A stretch of DNA of 63,667 nucleotides, filler included, from Rhabdomonas costata (Eukaryota), in the NCBI GenBank assembly GCA_019059605.1. It is 34 parts of 34 records of this genome, joined end to end, with 100 filler letters (N's around TTAATTAATTAA, not from the genome) between each part and the next. Parts side by side here need not be neighbours in the genome. Positions count along the whole stretch, not along the records: positions 1 to 1,777 come from JAHMHO010009214.1; positions 1,878 to 3,653 come from JAHMHO010009215.1; positions 3,754 to 5,529 come from JAHMHO010009216.1; positions 5,630 to 7,405 come from JAHMHO010009217.1; positions 7,506 to 9,290 come from JAHMHO010009218.1; positions 9,391 to 11,167 come from JAHMHO010009219.1; 28 more parts are not named here. One strand, given 5' to 3'. The notes under the pieces were generated by a model. It worked only from the letters and a program-made list of their open reading frames with translations, made no database searches and was not told the origin of the DNA. The first letter of the stretch is position 1; each line of letters starts with the position of its first letter. The position numbers and the translations under genes were made by a program. Below, piece after piece: positions 1 through 11,167 of the stretch.

Positions 1-1777
1 GTGGTTTTGTACAGTACCCTAACAGCGCTGATTCAAAGACACGAAAACACATGGACGTGTAGATCAAAATTACTCAGCACAGTAAATTGGCAAAACAGTG
101 GTAATGGAAACATTCAGGCCACTAAATAGAAGATCTGTGAGGTAAAAAACAAGCGCAGCGCAACGGAAATTTGAGAGCACACAGTGCACTGAAATTTGAT
201 TTGAAAGAAAGCCAAGGCAAAATTGTGAAACTAAAACAGCTTAGTGACTTACTTCACAGAACTGAAGCAACTGTAGCAGCCTGAATGAGCCATTAACAAC
301 AGCTAACAACCACTGCAGGATATCCGGAAGGAGGTGTGGCACGAAAAAACGTGGTTGCGGTGGCATTGTGGAAAGCTGATTTTGTGCCCTTGTGTTTTTG
401 CTTGTGGTGGCTTTGGTACTGGCTTTAGTGTTTCTGGTTTGTGTTGTTGCTGTTTTGTGTAGTATGTAGTGTTTTACATTCTTACATTCCATGCTTTTCT
501 TGCTTAGGCTTATGGCCGTGTGTGCCTTTGAATTTACATTTTTGTTGATAATTGGCATGGTGAACCATGGAGTGATTATCTGCTTAGTCTGGTGGCGTAC
601 AGTCAGGCGCAATGTGAGAGGCCATCATCAGTGTGCTGGTCGCGTGTCATGACTGCCGCTTTAGCATGCATGGAATTAATCGACTTAGATAAAATGTTCT
701 TGCGAGTAATTGATGGCAATATGACACGTAGGTGTCTTCAGTTGTTACACGCGCTAATATTGTTTGTTTGTTAATAGTTGCAGGTACAAAGACCCCTTAC
801 AATGACACAGTGTTTTTCAACAACGTCTTGGACTCAGTGTTATAAGAATCCCATTTTCTGTTGACCGTGTGTAAATCAGAGAATCTGCGGCAATTTTCAT
901 GTGAATGTGATTTGCTGAAATAAGCGTCTGAATGTTTATTTGTGTTGAACAAACCGATTTATATTTTGTGTGCAGATGGAGAATGCCAGAGCGTTTTGTA
1001 TCGGATGGATACAAAAAATGGTTCTTTTGTGTGTGAAACACGGCATCGTTACTGGTGAAAACAAAAACAGTAAAGATAGTGTGATGCATGGCACATGCAT
1101 GGAAAAACTGAATAAAGATAAGCATCTTATTGGAAGGTAACACATTTTGTTGTGAGTGTGTATGTTGCAAAGGATAGTGGACGATACCAGGAAAGAGAAA
1201 TCATGGCTAGTGGCGGCGTTTGCAAATATGCGGTGCGTGGTACCATGTGGTAAATTAGCACGCAATGGTATGTAGTATTGCTCAAGTAAATGCGTTGAAC
1301 AAAGATTAGTGGTGCAACTGGACATAAAGGTGAACAAAAACAGAGAAAAAAATGCCGTCAATTCACGTGTGCCAAGGCGGTGCTGGATCTATTAGAAAAC
1401 ACCTCGTAAAATTACTGAATGGTTTACGCACAGACTGGCAATGATGGGTTTGAAACCAGCATAAGCGGAGACGGCGTTTACTATTCAAAGTATATATGTA
1501 TGTGGCACAGGCCCGAGACATTTGTAACTAATAAAAGGCAGATGTCAGGTTGTACCTATAACAGAGCCAGAGAGAGCAGGAAGTTGCGTCCCGGTCCAAA
1601 ATTATACCGTAGATGTACATACACAGAACGTACTGGCTGAGTGTATAAAGAACAGTGTGGATAGCGAAAAAAGAACTCCATGTTCACAAAAAAGACGAAG
1701 AACTGAAGGATAAGTGGAAACGATTCATAAATCTGCGCGCGGCGCGCAGCGCTAAGGTGTCACCTAACAAAACAAAC

Positions 1778-1877
1778 NNNNNNNNNNNNNNNNNNNNNNN
1801 NNNNNNNNNNNNNNNNNNNNNTTAATTAATTAANNNNNNNNNNNNNNNNNNNNNNNNNNNNNNNNNNNNNNNNNNNN
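1778..1877. other. Artificial contig linker (N44-TTAATTAATTAA-N44); first of 33
   Basis: Identical 100-nt spacer with stops in all six frames. Linkers start at 1778, 3654, 5530, 7406, 9291, 11168, 13045, 14922, 16798, 18674, 20550, 22426, 24302, 26178, 28054, 29930, 31792, 33668, 35543, 37420, 39295, 41170, 43045, 44920, 46795, 48670, 50545, 52420, 54294, 56169, 58044, 59919, 61794. Confidence 0.99.
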
Positions 1878-2047
1878 GGGTTTGTGTCTGTCATTTCCAA
1901 GCTGATGGTGGGTAATCAAATGTGTTTCGTCATGCTTGCGCGCCTCAGCCGAGACGCTCTTGACTTCTCCTCCTTTGATTTACGTGCTGCTTGCGTCGCA
2001 TTTTTTTCAGTTGCAGTTTTTGTCTATCCCTGTGCACCTGTGCACAG

Positions 2048-3395
2048 GGGCACCCTGCTCTCGGGCGTCGTGGTGCTCCTGGCGCTGTTCGCTGTTAGGA
2101 AACGGTTCCCTGTGAACCTTCTGTTGTTGGCGCTGTTCACTGTTCTGGAATCCTGGAGCGTAGGTCCCGTTTTTGTCCACACCTCCTCGCGTTGTTCCAA
2201 AGCCGTACGCGGAGAAATGTGACGGAGTAAAACGAAACCCCTAGGTGATACGCCATGCACCGTCGTTTTTTTTTGGATGAGTAACTTTTTGCGTCGGGGT
2301 CTCGCGTAACGTTCTTTCTTACATACTCGCTCTCGCCGAGCATCGGATGTGAACAGAGGTCTCCAGGTGCACTCTAACTCGCCTCGTCCCGGCCTTTTTT
2401 CTCGGTCTTTTTGAACCTTTCCGAACCCGGCAGCATGAAGAGAAAAATCTTAAATCCATCAGAACATTTAATTCGTCGTCCTAATCCTTTTCTCTCTATG
2501 ATTCTTTTGAAAACAAGAACCCTTTGAAGGCCAACCGACCAGGTATGGAAATATGTTTTTCATCACAACAAAAAACAACAGCAGAGGGAACAAGTGCAAA
2601 GAATTTTTTTAAAAAGAAACACAGGGCACGCATGAGGGCTAGCTGAAGGGCTCTCAACGCAATGAGACAGCCAAGGAAAGAATCACATTTACGAGGGGCG
2701 CGGGGGAAAACGTAGCGCAAGGAGGGATCGATGTCGTGTGGGCTGCAAAAATACAGGGTTTGCATTGTTCACTGCATCGGGAAAGCGTGTTTTTCTTTCT
2801 TTTTTTTTTCTGAAATTTGTTTGCTGTGAACTTGCTGATATTCGTGTTTGGATGTGATAATTCGGTTTCGGTTTGCAAGAACACTTCCGCAGCTTCCGTA
2901 AGGGTCCGAATTGAATTTCGTGTTCGATTGAACCCGTCATGATTTAATGATAGTCCAACTTTGATTTCCACTACCTTGATATGTAGAATGGGAGGGGGTA
3001 AAACAGGCGCGGTCTGTGCTCTGTGTGCGGAGAACCAGGCGGGGCCAGCCGTGGTGGCTGCCGCGGGGATGACAATGGCCATTTTTTTCGCCCTGACCGC
3101 GTTCTGCTTCGTCTCGCGGCGGGACTTTGGCTTCCTCTGGGGCGGCCTGGCCTCCGCGGTTATGCTGCTCGCCGTCTTTGGGGTGTTGATTGCCGTGTTT
3201 CGGTGGCGGCTGTGCTGGCTGTACGCCTTGCTGGGGGCGGTGGTAATCTGCGGGTACATTCTGTTCGACGTCTCCAGGATCCTCCACAGACTCCCGCTCG
3301 ACGAGTACATCCAGGCCTGCGTGGAGCTTTACATGGACCTTCTCAACCTCTTTCTGTTCCTTCTCTTGCTGCTATTGTCCGGGGCCAAGGAGTGA
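2048..3395 (+). CDS. Bax inhibitor-1 / Lifeguard (TMBIM) family membrane protein, 3' part, two exons
   Basis: Exons 2048-2163 and 3007-3395 joined by a GT..AG intron (2164-3006). Spliced product: ..RKRFPVNLLLLALFTVLESWSVGAVCA..RDFGFL..YILFDVSRILHRLPLDEYIQACVELYMDLLNLFLFLL*, the BI-1 family C-terminal signature. Confidence 0.9.
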
Positions 3396-5964
3396 GACCA
3401 TTATAGTTGGGCACAAAAAGGATGTCAGCGAGGAAAGAAAGTATTTGATCCTCGTTCTATTTTTGATGGGAATTGTGAGCATTTTTCAGAGCGGTGGTTA
3501 CTCTCGAGTTTGCGCTGCGCGCGCGCTAGTGAGAACACGAGAGCGAAGGTTCGTTTTGTTCGGGGTGACCATGGGAACGGAGAATGGGTGCTTTTCGGCA
3601 ACTATGGATCCGAGTGAGTCTGCTCCTTTTTTTATTTTCGAAGAGTAGCTTTTNNNNNNNNNNNNNNNNNNNNNNNNNNNNNNNNNNNNNNNNNNNNTTA
3701 ATTAATTAANNNNNNNNNNNNNNNNNNNNNNNNNNNNNNNNNNNNNNNNNNNNTGTGGTGTGGGTGCTGCCTATCACTGCGGTGGCGAATGCTCTCTGAA
3801 ACTGCCGCGGTTTTCCGTGTTAGGCATGCATTACTTGGTTTATGCGGAAGCTTTTCCAAATCCACCATTCATTTGCATCGAGGTTTACCCGAAAAATTCA
3901 GCGAAAGCATCCTTTGTGAAGGCGCGTACATCCCCGCGTGCATCCATCCCCGCCAGCATGTCCGGGCAAGACCACAAGGTTATGACACCTTTCTTTGCAT
4001 ATAGAGAATTTCGGCTGTGCTTTGAATTTGAAATTAAGCATAAAACTGGAGCGAGGCTTTAACTGATCAAGGGAAACCTGACGTCACCTTCGCCTTCGCG
4101 TCCGTGCATCGCCAAGCAATTCCCTTTCTTTTCGGATACCAACATTGCCCTATCGACCCTATCGACCCCATCGAAAAATACCTCGAGACATACATACGCT
4201 CCTCAATTATATGGGTCGCTTCCCACCAAGCCGCTCTGGTTCACGTTGCTTTATTGCATTCGTTTGATCCTCACCTTGAACCTTCGGGGTGGTTTGTAAA
4301 CACACCAACCAAAATGCCAAAACATAATCACCAGAAGCTCAAGACCCTTCTCGAGACATATTCTGCATATGAACAGCCTTGTCCGTCGAAATCTATGAAA
4401 TCTACGGAGCCTTAGGGGCATTACACGATATTTGAATGCATGGCCTGCACAAGTCCGAAAAAAATTTCCTCTGTCCTGGTTTTTAACAGAAAGTGAGAAC
4501 GCCTTTGCTTACGGAGGTGACTGCGAAAACGCCCCTCTGGCAAGGCTGGCTTCTGCGGACCGCTTGAAGGGATGCGTTCGTTGTTGTTTTTGGATGGGCC
4601 CGGTCTCTCTTCGGCGACGAATCCAGGCGCCGGCGTCCTCCCTCCCTTCTATCCGTGAGTTTTCTGTTGTTTTTATTCCACGTTTTCCTTGTCACGCCAC
4701 AGTCTCCTTCTCTCTACTGCCCCCAGCACTGGTTTTTTGTTCACAGTGGCGCTTTGACTTACACGGAGGGAGGCTGGGGGATCCTACCACACCCATCTCT
4801 GGTACTTAACGATCTATCTTGGTGCACCAACACCAACACGGGCGCTACGAGGTATGTGGATGCGTATAATGCAGCAGAGAATTGCACTTGATCGCAAGGA
4901 TTATTAACTTTCCGCTGTTCGCTTAGGAATAGGGACCTCCTCACCTAATCTCAAAAACATTTTAAGTGTTGGTGTGCAACTCATTGGTAGCCCTTTTTCG
5001 AATCTGAATATACAAGTATTTGACTTTGTGTGTCAAAAAACGGTGAAGCAAACATAACATGGAGCCACCTAAGTTTTCTGTTCCCTTCCTGTTCCCGGGC
5101 CACTGGAACCGCAGAGCCGGTGGCACTGTACCTTGTTGAAGGAAGTTGGTGCATTTAACCTTTGTCTTCTTTAACCCGTTGCGCAGGACATCCTTGATGC
5201 ACCGTTTCTGAAGTGTTCCTTTCAAACACCACTCCCGCCATCGCCCGCCAAATAGAAAAGCGTTACGCCAAATAGGTGCAGAAAAAGCGCAAGCGAGGTA
5301 CCCGAGTTCCGTGTTGCAAAGGCTTCGCCACGAAACTTTGACCACGCTACGAAGCGGTGAACACCTGCACGTGGCACCCTTCCAAGTTGCGTTTTTCTAG
5401 CCCTGGCCTTTTTCCCCCCTTGCCATTTTGGCGATTGTTGCCCGGAAACCCGGAAACCAAGACCAAGGGAATCGACCGCTTTTCGGTCCAATCCTAAACA
5501 CGGAATAGGATAAAATCCCCCACACCACANNNNNNNNNNNNNNNNNNNNNNNNNNNNNNNNNNNNNNNNNNNNTTAATTAATTAANNNNNNNNNNNNNNN
5601 NNNNNNNNNNNNNNNNNNNNNNNNNNNNNTTGTTTTGGGCTGTTGCTAAACAAAATCGAAGACTTACGCCATCAAGGCGAAGTAATTCAAAGAAGTGGCC
5701 CGAGTGAGGTGCAGCGGCGACAACTTAGGGTCAGCTGAGCACCTGCTTCCTAAAAATACATAGCAAGGGAGAAAACTGGAAGGGAGGAAGGGGGTCGACA
5801 TGCCCCGCGGTGCTGCTGCTCGGCGGGTAGAGCGGGACAGTGGGTACCCCGGCAACCCCCCACGGCGTAGTTGTTGCGGGTGAGATGGCGGTCCGTGTTG
5901 CCAATGATGCTGCGCACAGAAGTAAGCCAAGGCTGATTTAAATGACGGGCTCCACCGACCCACG

Positions 5965-7043
5965 TTACACACCTTCCGGGACAAGTGCTTTAAAAATCCA
6001 CTGCACTTTTGCAACGCTCATCGAATCCGGTGTACCAGCAACCAAATTTGGCAACCACTCTTCCGAGGAGAAAGCAGTGACCAGAAAAAGGGCATGGGGC
6101 AAGGAATCAAGAACTGGGGAGTCCCAAAATCTCCAACAGAACCCTGAGCTGCTGCAGACGTCTGTGCAGTTTGCCACCAGAATCACGCCACTTAGTTTTT
6201 TGGGGCAAATTTCCCGAACGTTGACATCCAGACCCTTGGCACTGCAATAGAAGCGATCATACTAATCGAAGATCACCAGGTTGGAGACCTCGGTGAGAAT
6301 GTACTGGAAAGAAGGTGAGTCGGGCTGTTTGGGCTTCGGCCACTTCAGCTTGTACCGAGGGTTAAAGTACAGCTCCTGGAAAACAACCACACAATGCTGG
6401 ACACGCTGCCCGCACCTCATAGCTTCCAGCCTCGGTAACGCTCTCACAGCGTACAGGAAATACAGCCCCGTATCAACGTGCACACCATGGTGGTGGTAAC
6501 CCTTCAAAGAAGTAGCACACTAGGCTTTCAGGTGCGGAAAAAAAAACAGAGCCTCCAGGAGCATGAACACTTGCATCAACTCCAGAAGTAAGTCCCACGC
6601 TCCCACAGGTCAGATGATCGGGAATCTCGAACGCAACATATATTCCAGCTTCAAACCTTGCTCCCCACCCCAAACATTATGCGGCATTGCGTCATGTTCA
6701 AAAATTAAGATGCAGAGGTAAGCCGAGCGTCGCAACGGCGGGAGACAAGGCAGTCCAGTCCCCCGCGACACTGAAAGCATCCATATAATTACGACCTCCC
6801 AACTCGGGTTTTCCCATCACACAGAAAAAGAGGCGGACAGAGGGCAGACCCAGTTCCTGGGCAGGGCCAGGGAGGTGCTCTGCACCATGTGCACGTCCGT
6901 CATCCACAGTTGCATGCTGAGATTGAGGTACAGTTGCCCATTCGCTGCGCTTCTCCGCAGGAGGGGCCGCACCGGGGGGTACTGAAAGACAAACCGCTCC
7001 ACCCACTGCACATAGAACGGGGACATCGGGGCCACAGCGGCCT
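5965..7043 (-). CDS. Multi-exon protein-coding gene fragment, product unknown
   Basis: GC-rich exon-like blocks bounded by AG/GT (about 6852-7043 APMSPFYVQWVERFVFQYPP..; about 6289-6501 GYHHHGVHVDTGLYFLY..). No family recognised and the 3' structure is uncertain. Confidence 0.4.
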
Positions 7044-7505
7044 ACGCAGTAGAGGCAAGAGTGTAGAGGGTGTAGAGGCACGAGTATTATGCGCTGCTGG
7101 TGAGGAGCTTTTTTCTTCTCTCGGTAGGCTTTCGAATGTCCTCTGCCTGGAAGCTCCTCAGTTGGAAAGATGTTGCCTTCCATACATATATGAGCGTGCT
7201 CTGAAGAATATGAATATTCCGACGGTTCATTTGATTCTCCAATCTCCCGAAGGGACATGTGCATCACCCTACAACACTGCGATCAACCGTACAAAACTGC
7301 GTTCCGGCGTACCCAACCTGCCCCACCTTCAGCGCAAAACATCCTAAAAAATAATTCTTTTGGAAACACAGAACACACTTGAGAAAAAATTTACCCCCAC
7401 CCCACNNNNNNNNNNNNNNNNNNNNNNNNNNNNNNNNNNNNNNNNNNNNTTAATTAATTAANNNNNNNNNNNNNNNNNNNNNNNNNNNNNNNNNNNNNNN
7501 NNNNN

Positions 7506-7624
<119 letters not shown>

Positions 7625-8620
7625 GCGGACGTCATCCACTCGACGAGTCAAATTTGTGTGGAGAACCCTCATGTAGCATCGTACGAAATATTGTCCCTTC
7701 TTTGAAATACGGATAGGGTTCCAAAAAAAAGACCAGCCATCCCTCACGATGCAGTCAAGGTAATTTCCCAAATGCTTAATTCGCCCATGGTGTGTCTTCA
7801 CGCCTCCGCTGCTGGCTGTGCCAGCGGGTGCAAGCCATCCATCTTGGAGGGGGGAGGGTTGGGAGGGTTGGGTTGGGTCCCATTTACTCCCATTCCAAGC
7901 GGCAGAGGGACGAGATGGGAGTCCACGACTTCCTGCTGCGCGGCGCGGATCAGGACTTTGCCAACCAGTCTCCGAAATACCTCTCGATGTGAGAAGGTTC
8001 TGTTTTTTTGTGTGGCTTTATTTTTTCTTCTCACTTTTCCATCACTTTTTCATCTCTCACATTGCACTTTCCTTGACTTTTGATGCCATTGCTTCCCCTT
8101 GGCCTTGCACTGCAGCTCTTTGTCCCTGTTTATTTCTTTGTGAAAAGCGGAGGAAATACTATGTAAAAAAACTTGTGTCCGATATAATCCAGATAACCAC
8201 CCACCCTGCCGCAATCATTGCCGGGCGGACGCTCATTTAAAAAGCTGTTTGTCTTGTTTTATGAACATGTTTAGCCAGCCAGTAAGTGAAAGCTCTTTGC
8301 GAATGTGTGAAAGAGCCCTCCGAGACTCAAGGGCAAGATAGCTCCGTTCAACCGGGAACGATGTCTCTCAACACCATGCTGTTATAAAAAGGAGCGGGAG
8401 GGCCTATACGAAACTTCAAGTGGGATTTAGTGGGGGACATGTTTCGGCAACGGTTTTGCGTGCCTTTCATGCTTCTCTTCTTTGTTCTGATATATAATTT
8501 GAGAGATGGTTCAGCCCCCCACCCTTGCTTTTGTGCTTTTGTACTTTGTGTATCATTTATGCATAGCGTATTACCATGTTACCTTACTCACACTACATTA
8601 TTAGGTAGTTTGACGTGGGC

Positions 8621-8722
8621 GAGTGTGAGTGTGAGTGTGAGTGTGAGTGTGCGTGTGAGTGTGCGTGTGATTGTGTGTGAGTGTGTGTGAGTGTGATTGT
8701 GAGTGTGAGTGTGAGTGTGTGC
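8621..8722. repeat. Imperfect (GTGTGA)n microsatellite
   Basis: Directly visible tandem GAGTGT units. Confidence 0.9.
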
Positions 8723-8996
8723 GCGTACAGCTGTTGCTGTTGCTTTGGGCAAGCGCATAAGTTCAGGCGTCCATGAAACCGCGGTTCTATTGCCCAACTG
8801 CGTTTTTCTTCGACCCAGCAGAAGAGGAAAGGGCCATTCCCCCAAACCAGTGGGCCACGGCGGCGGGATAATCGAGCAGATACCCGCCGGGCATAAGTTT
8901 GGAAGCAGTGAACCTGCTTCGTTTTCGTTTTCCTTTCTCAGCTCCTTTTCCTGGCTGCTTCCTTCCCTGTCTGTTTGGGTTGTGAGTTCTTGACCC

Positions 8997-9128
8997 ATGG
9001 CGGAGGCTGCCTCGAGGGACTTGGCTGAGGTTCGGAGGCTGCCGTGCGTGGCTGACGCCCAACTCGAGGACCTAGTGGCGAATATTCGGCTGAGCAGTGG
9101 CCGGGAATACTGCGTCGTCCTTGACGAG
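8997..9128 (+). CDS. Probable first exon of an unknown protein (MAEAASRDLAEVRRLPCV..)
   Basis: ATG downstream of a pyrimidine tract, GC-rich codon-like sequence, then an abrupt change to T-rich sequence. Confidence 0.4.
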
Positions 9129-9390
9129 GCCTGTTCCCCTCATGTTTTGCCCTTCACTCTTCCCTCTAAAAATGGTTGGGTTGATACAGATTTCTTTTCG
9201 CTTTTTTTCTGCTCACTATTAGCAACATGATATGATGTGTACTGAACTGTGGCAACATGAGCTGGTTTGCGAATAGTGAGCACACAAAAANNNNNNNNNN
9301 NNNNNNNNNNNNNNNNNNNNNNNNNNNNNNNNNNTTAATTAATTAANNNNNNNNNNNNNNNNNNNNNNNNNNNNNNNNNNNNNNNNNNNN

Positions 9391-9976
9391 TTTTTTGTTG
9401 ATATGTTTTATGTTGTGTTAGTATTGGAAGACTATAATAATCACCAATTGATAAAACATACAATTTATTAGGTAATACATTAACTTCTAATAATTTATTA
9501 AACATATTTCCTATATATAAATATTTAAGTGAATTAGGTAATACATTTGTTTTAATTTGTTGATTAAACATACAGCCTAAATCTAAATAAGTTAACGATG
9601 ATGGTAATATATTTTCTTGTATTTCTTTATTGAATTTATTTCCCAATGTTAATATTCTTAAATTATTTGACATTTTTGGTATTATTAAATTGAAATTAGT
9701 AAAAAGTAATGTATGTGCACTACTATATACATGATCTAATGTTGTTATATTTTCACTTATTTTTACAGTATTATTAATTACACGGTTTTTTATATCATAA
9801 TGATTCACATATACATCTTTATTACATAAATATTTATTATATTTGTATAAATTATAATCTTTTGTATTTTTTTCAATCATATGTATTCTTTTATTTATTA
9901 ATTTTATTTTATTACGATCATATACTCTTAAATATTCTATTATTATTTTTATTGTATCTAAACATAAATAGATCAT
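9391..9976 (-). CDS. F-box-like + FNIP repeat protein, giant-virus type (runs off contig end)
   Basis: N-terminal LCLDTIKIIIEYLRVYDRNKIKLINKR (F-box-like), then about three 22-aa repeats: FNKEIQENILPSSLTYLDLGCM / FNQQIKTNVLPNSLKYLYIGNM / FNKLLEVNVLPNKLYVLSIGDY. These fit the FNIP consensus. Intronless and very AT-rich. Confidence 0.88.
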
Positions 9977-10024
9977 GATTATTAAAATAAATATATAAAA
10001 AATATTTTATTGTCATAGATTGAT

Positions 10025-11167
10025 TTATGGATTTTTTTTGATTTTTTTTTGATAATGTATATATATTTTATGTAATAGAGACGGATTATATTTTCGTTCA
10101 ACACTTTTTATTTGTCTAAGAATTTCATTTTTTGTTAATATATTTGATTTATAAATTGTATCTATATCTTTTTTAAAATTTTTCTGTACATTACTTATGT
10201 AATTTAATAAATAATATATTGCTGAATTTTGTACTATATACGTCTTTTTTGGACCTTCTGTTTCTATAAATCGTATATATTGATCTATTTTACATTGTAT
10301 AATTGAGGTTCTTGATACTTTATTTAGAAAGATATTTAATTCATTTAATAATCTTATGGTTTCATTATGTACATTTTCTATTTTATTTTGATTTAAATAA
10401 TCATAAATAATTTTATATTCAGACACACATTCATAATTGTCATTATAAAACATTAAATGATTTTTCATATCATAACTTTTTTTATAATAATATCGTAATC
10501 TACGACCGAATAAATTAAAAAAATTATTTTGTTCATCATATTGTATAATATCATAATATTTCATATCATAATGTTCTTTATTTTCAGTTTGTTTTTTATA
10601 TTTTCTTTTCATTACAAATAATCGTGTTTCTGAACTTCGTGTTGGTGCATATACCTGTAAATAAATATCTCCTTCTAAATATAAAAAATAATTATTTTCA
10701 TTTATTGGTTTTGATTCATCATTTATAACAAGTTGTGATTTTATATTATCATAATCATATGTCGTTGTTACTTCTATTTTATTTTCAATTATATATGGAA
10801 GTCTGAATTTAAGTAACATAAAATCAGATTTTAATAAAACACCACATTTTTGTTGTAATAGCATATCTTCCATGATCACTTCTTCTTCAGTTGTTATTCG
10901 TATATCACTTATAAATATCACTTTTCTACCATTTGCGATTTGTAATGCTTCATCAACTGTTTCTTCTGTAAAATATTTATGTTTAATTATTACATTTTCT
11001 TTTTCTTTAACTGCAAATTCTGTTTTGTCATAAAGTAAATAAGTTGTTTTAAATAATTCGAATATTTTAGGTAAATGTATACCGGATGCTGCTCCGATAT
11101 AAATTACAATACATTTATCTAATGATACATATTGTGATACTAAAGTTAAATATTCAATTTCTGAAAA
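10025..11167 (-). CDS. Cap-specific mRNA (nucleoside-2'-O-)-methyltransferase, poxvirus VP39 / poly(A) polymerase regulatory subunit family (5'-truncated)
   Basis: The frame stays open from the listed 10921 to the contig edge: FSEIEYLTL..IVIYIGAASGIHL (SAM motif; VP39 VYIGSAPGTH)..VIFISDIR (ISDVR)..LKFRLPY (LKWRCPF)..GDIYLQVYAPTRSSETRL (LQPFAPSYSAEMRL). The D-K-E catalytic positions are present in the expected order. Confidence 0.88.
   Translation of the reverse strand, partial: FSEIEYLTLVSQYVSLDKCIVIYIGAASGIHLPKIFELFKTTYLLYDKTEFAVKEKENVIIKHKYFTEETVDEALQIANGRKVIFISDIRITTEEEVIMEDMLLQQKCGVLLKSDFMLLKFRLPYIIENKIEVTTTYDYDNIKSQLVINDESKPINENNYFLYLEGDIYLQVYAPTRSSETRLFVMKRKYKKQTENKEHYDMKYYDIIQYDEQNNFFNLFGRRLRYYYKKSYDMKNHLMFYNDNYECVSEYKIIYDYLNQNKIENVHNETIRLLNELNIFLNKVSRTSIIQCKIDQYIRFIETEGPKKTYIVQNSAIYYLLNYISNVQKNFKKDIDTIYKSNILTKNEILRQIKSVERKYNPSLLHKIYIHYQKKIKKNP

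Noticed and set aside
1-1777. Coding-like but stop-riddled sequence (also 11268-13044 and 60400-61100)
   Set aside because: No recognisable motif; possibly decayed elements, but I cannot support a call.
1822-1833. TTAATTAATTAA palindrome recurring every ~1.9 kb as a repeat array or CRISPR
   Set aside because: Always centred in N runs; it is an artificial six-frame stop linker. ORFs ending in X..LIN are artefacts of it.
6262-6264. In-frame TAG joining ORFs 6262-6507 and 5965-6186 (possible stop-codon reassignment)
   Set aside because: The TAG falls within a plausible 47-nt GT-AG intron (6242-6288). None of the well-supported exons, including more than 500 NACHT codons, contains in-frame TAG or TAA.
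9977-10024. Mimivirus early promoter or hairpin in the viral intergenic region
   Set aside because: No AAAATTGA is present, and the AAAATATTTT palindrome is expected by chance at this AT content.
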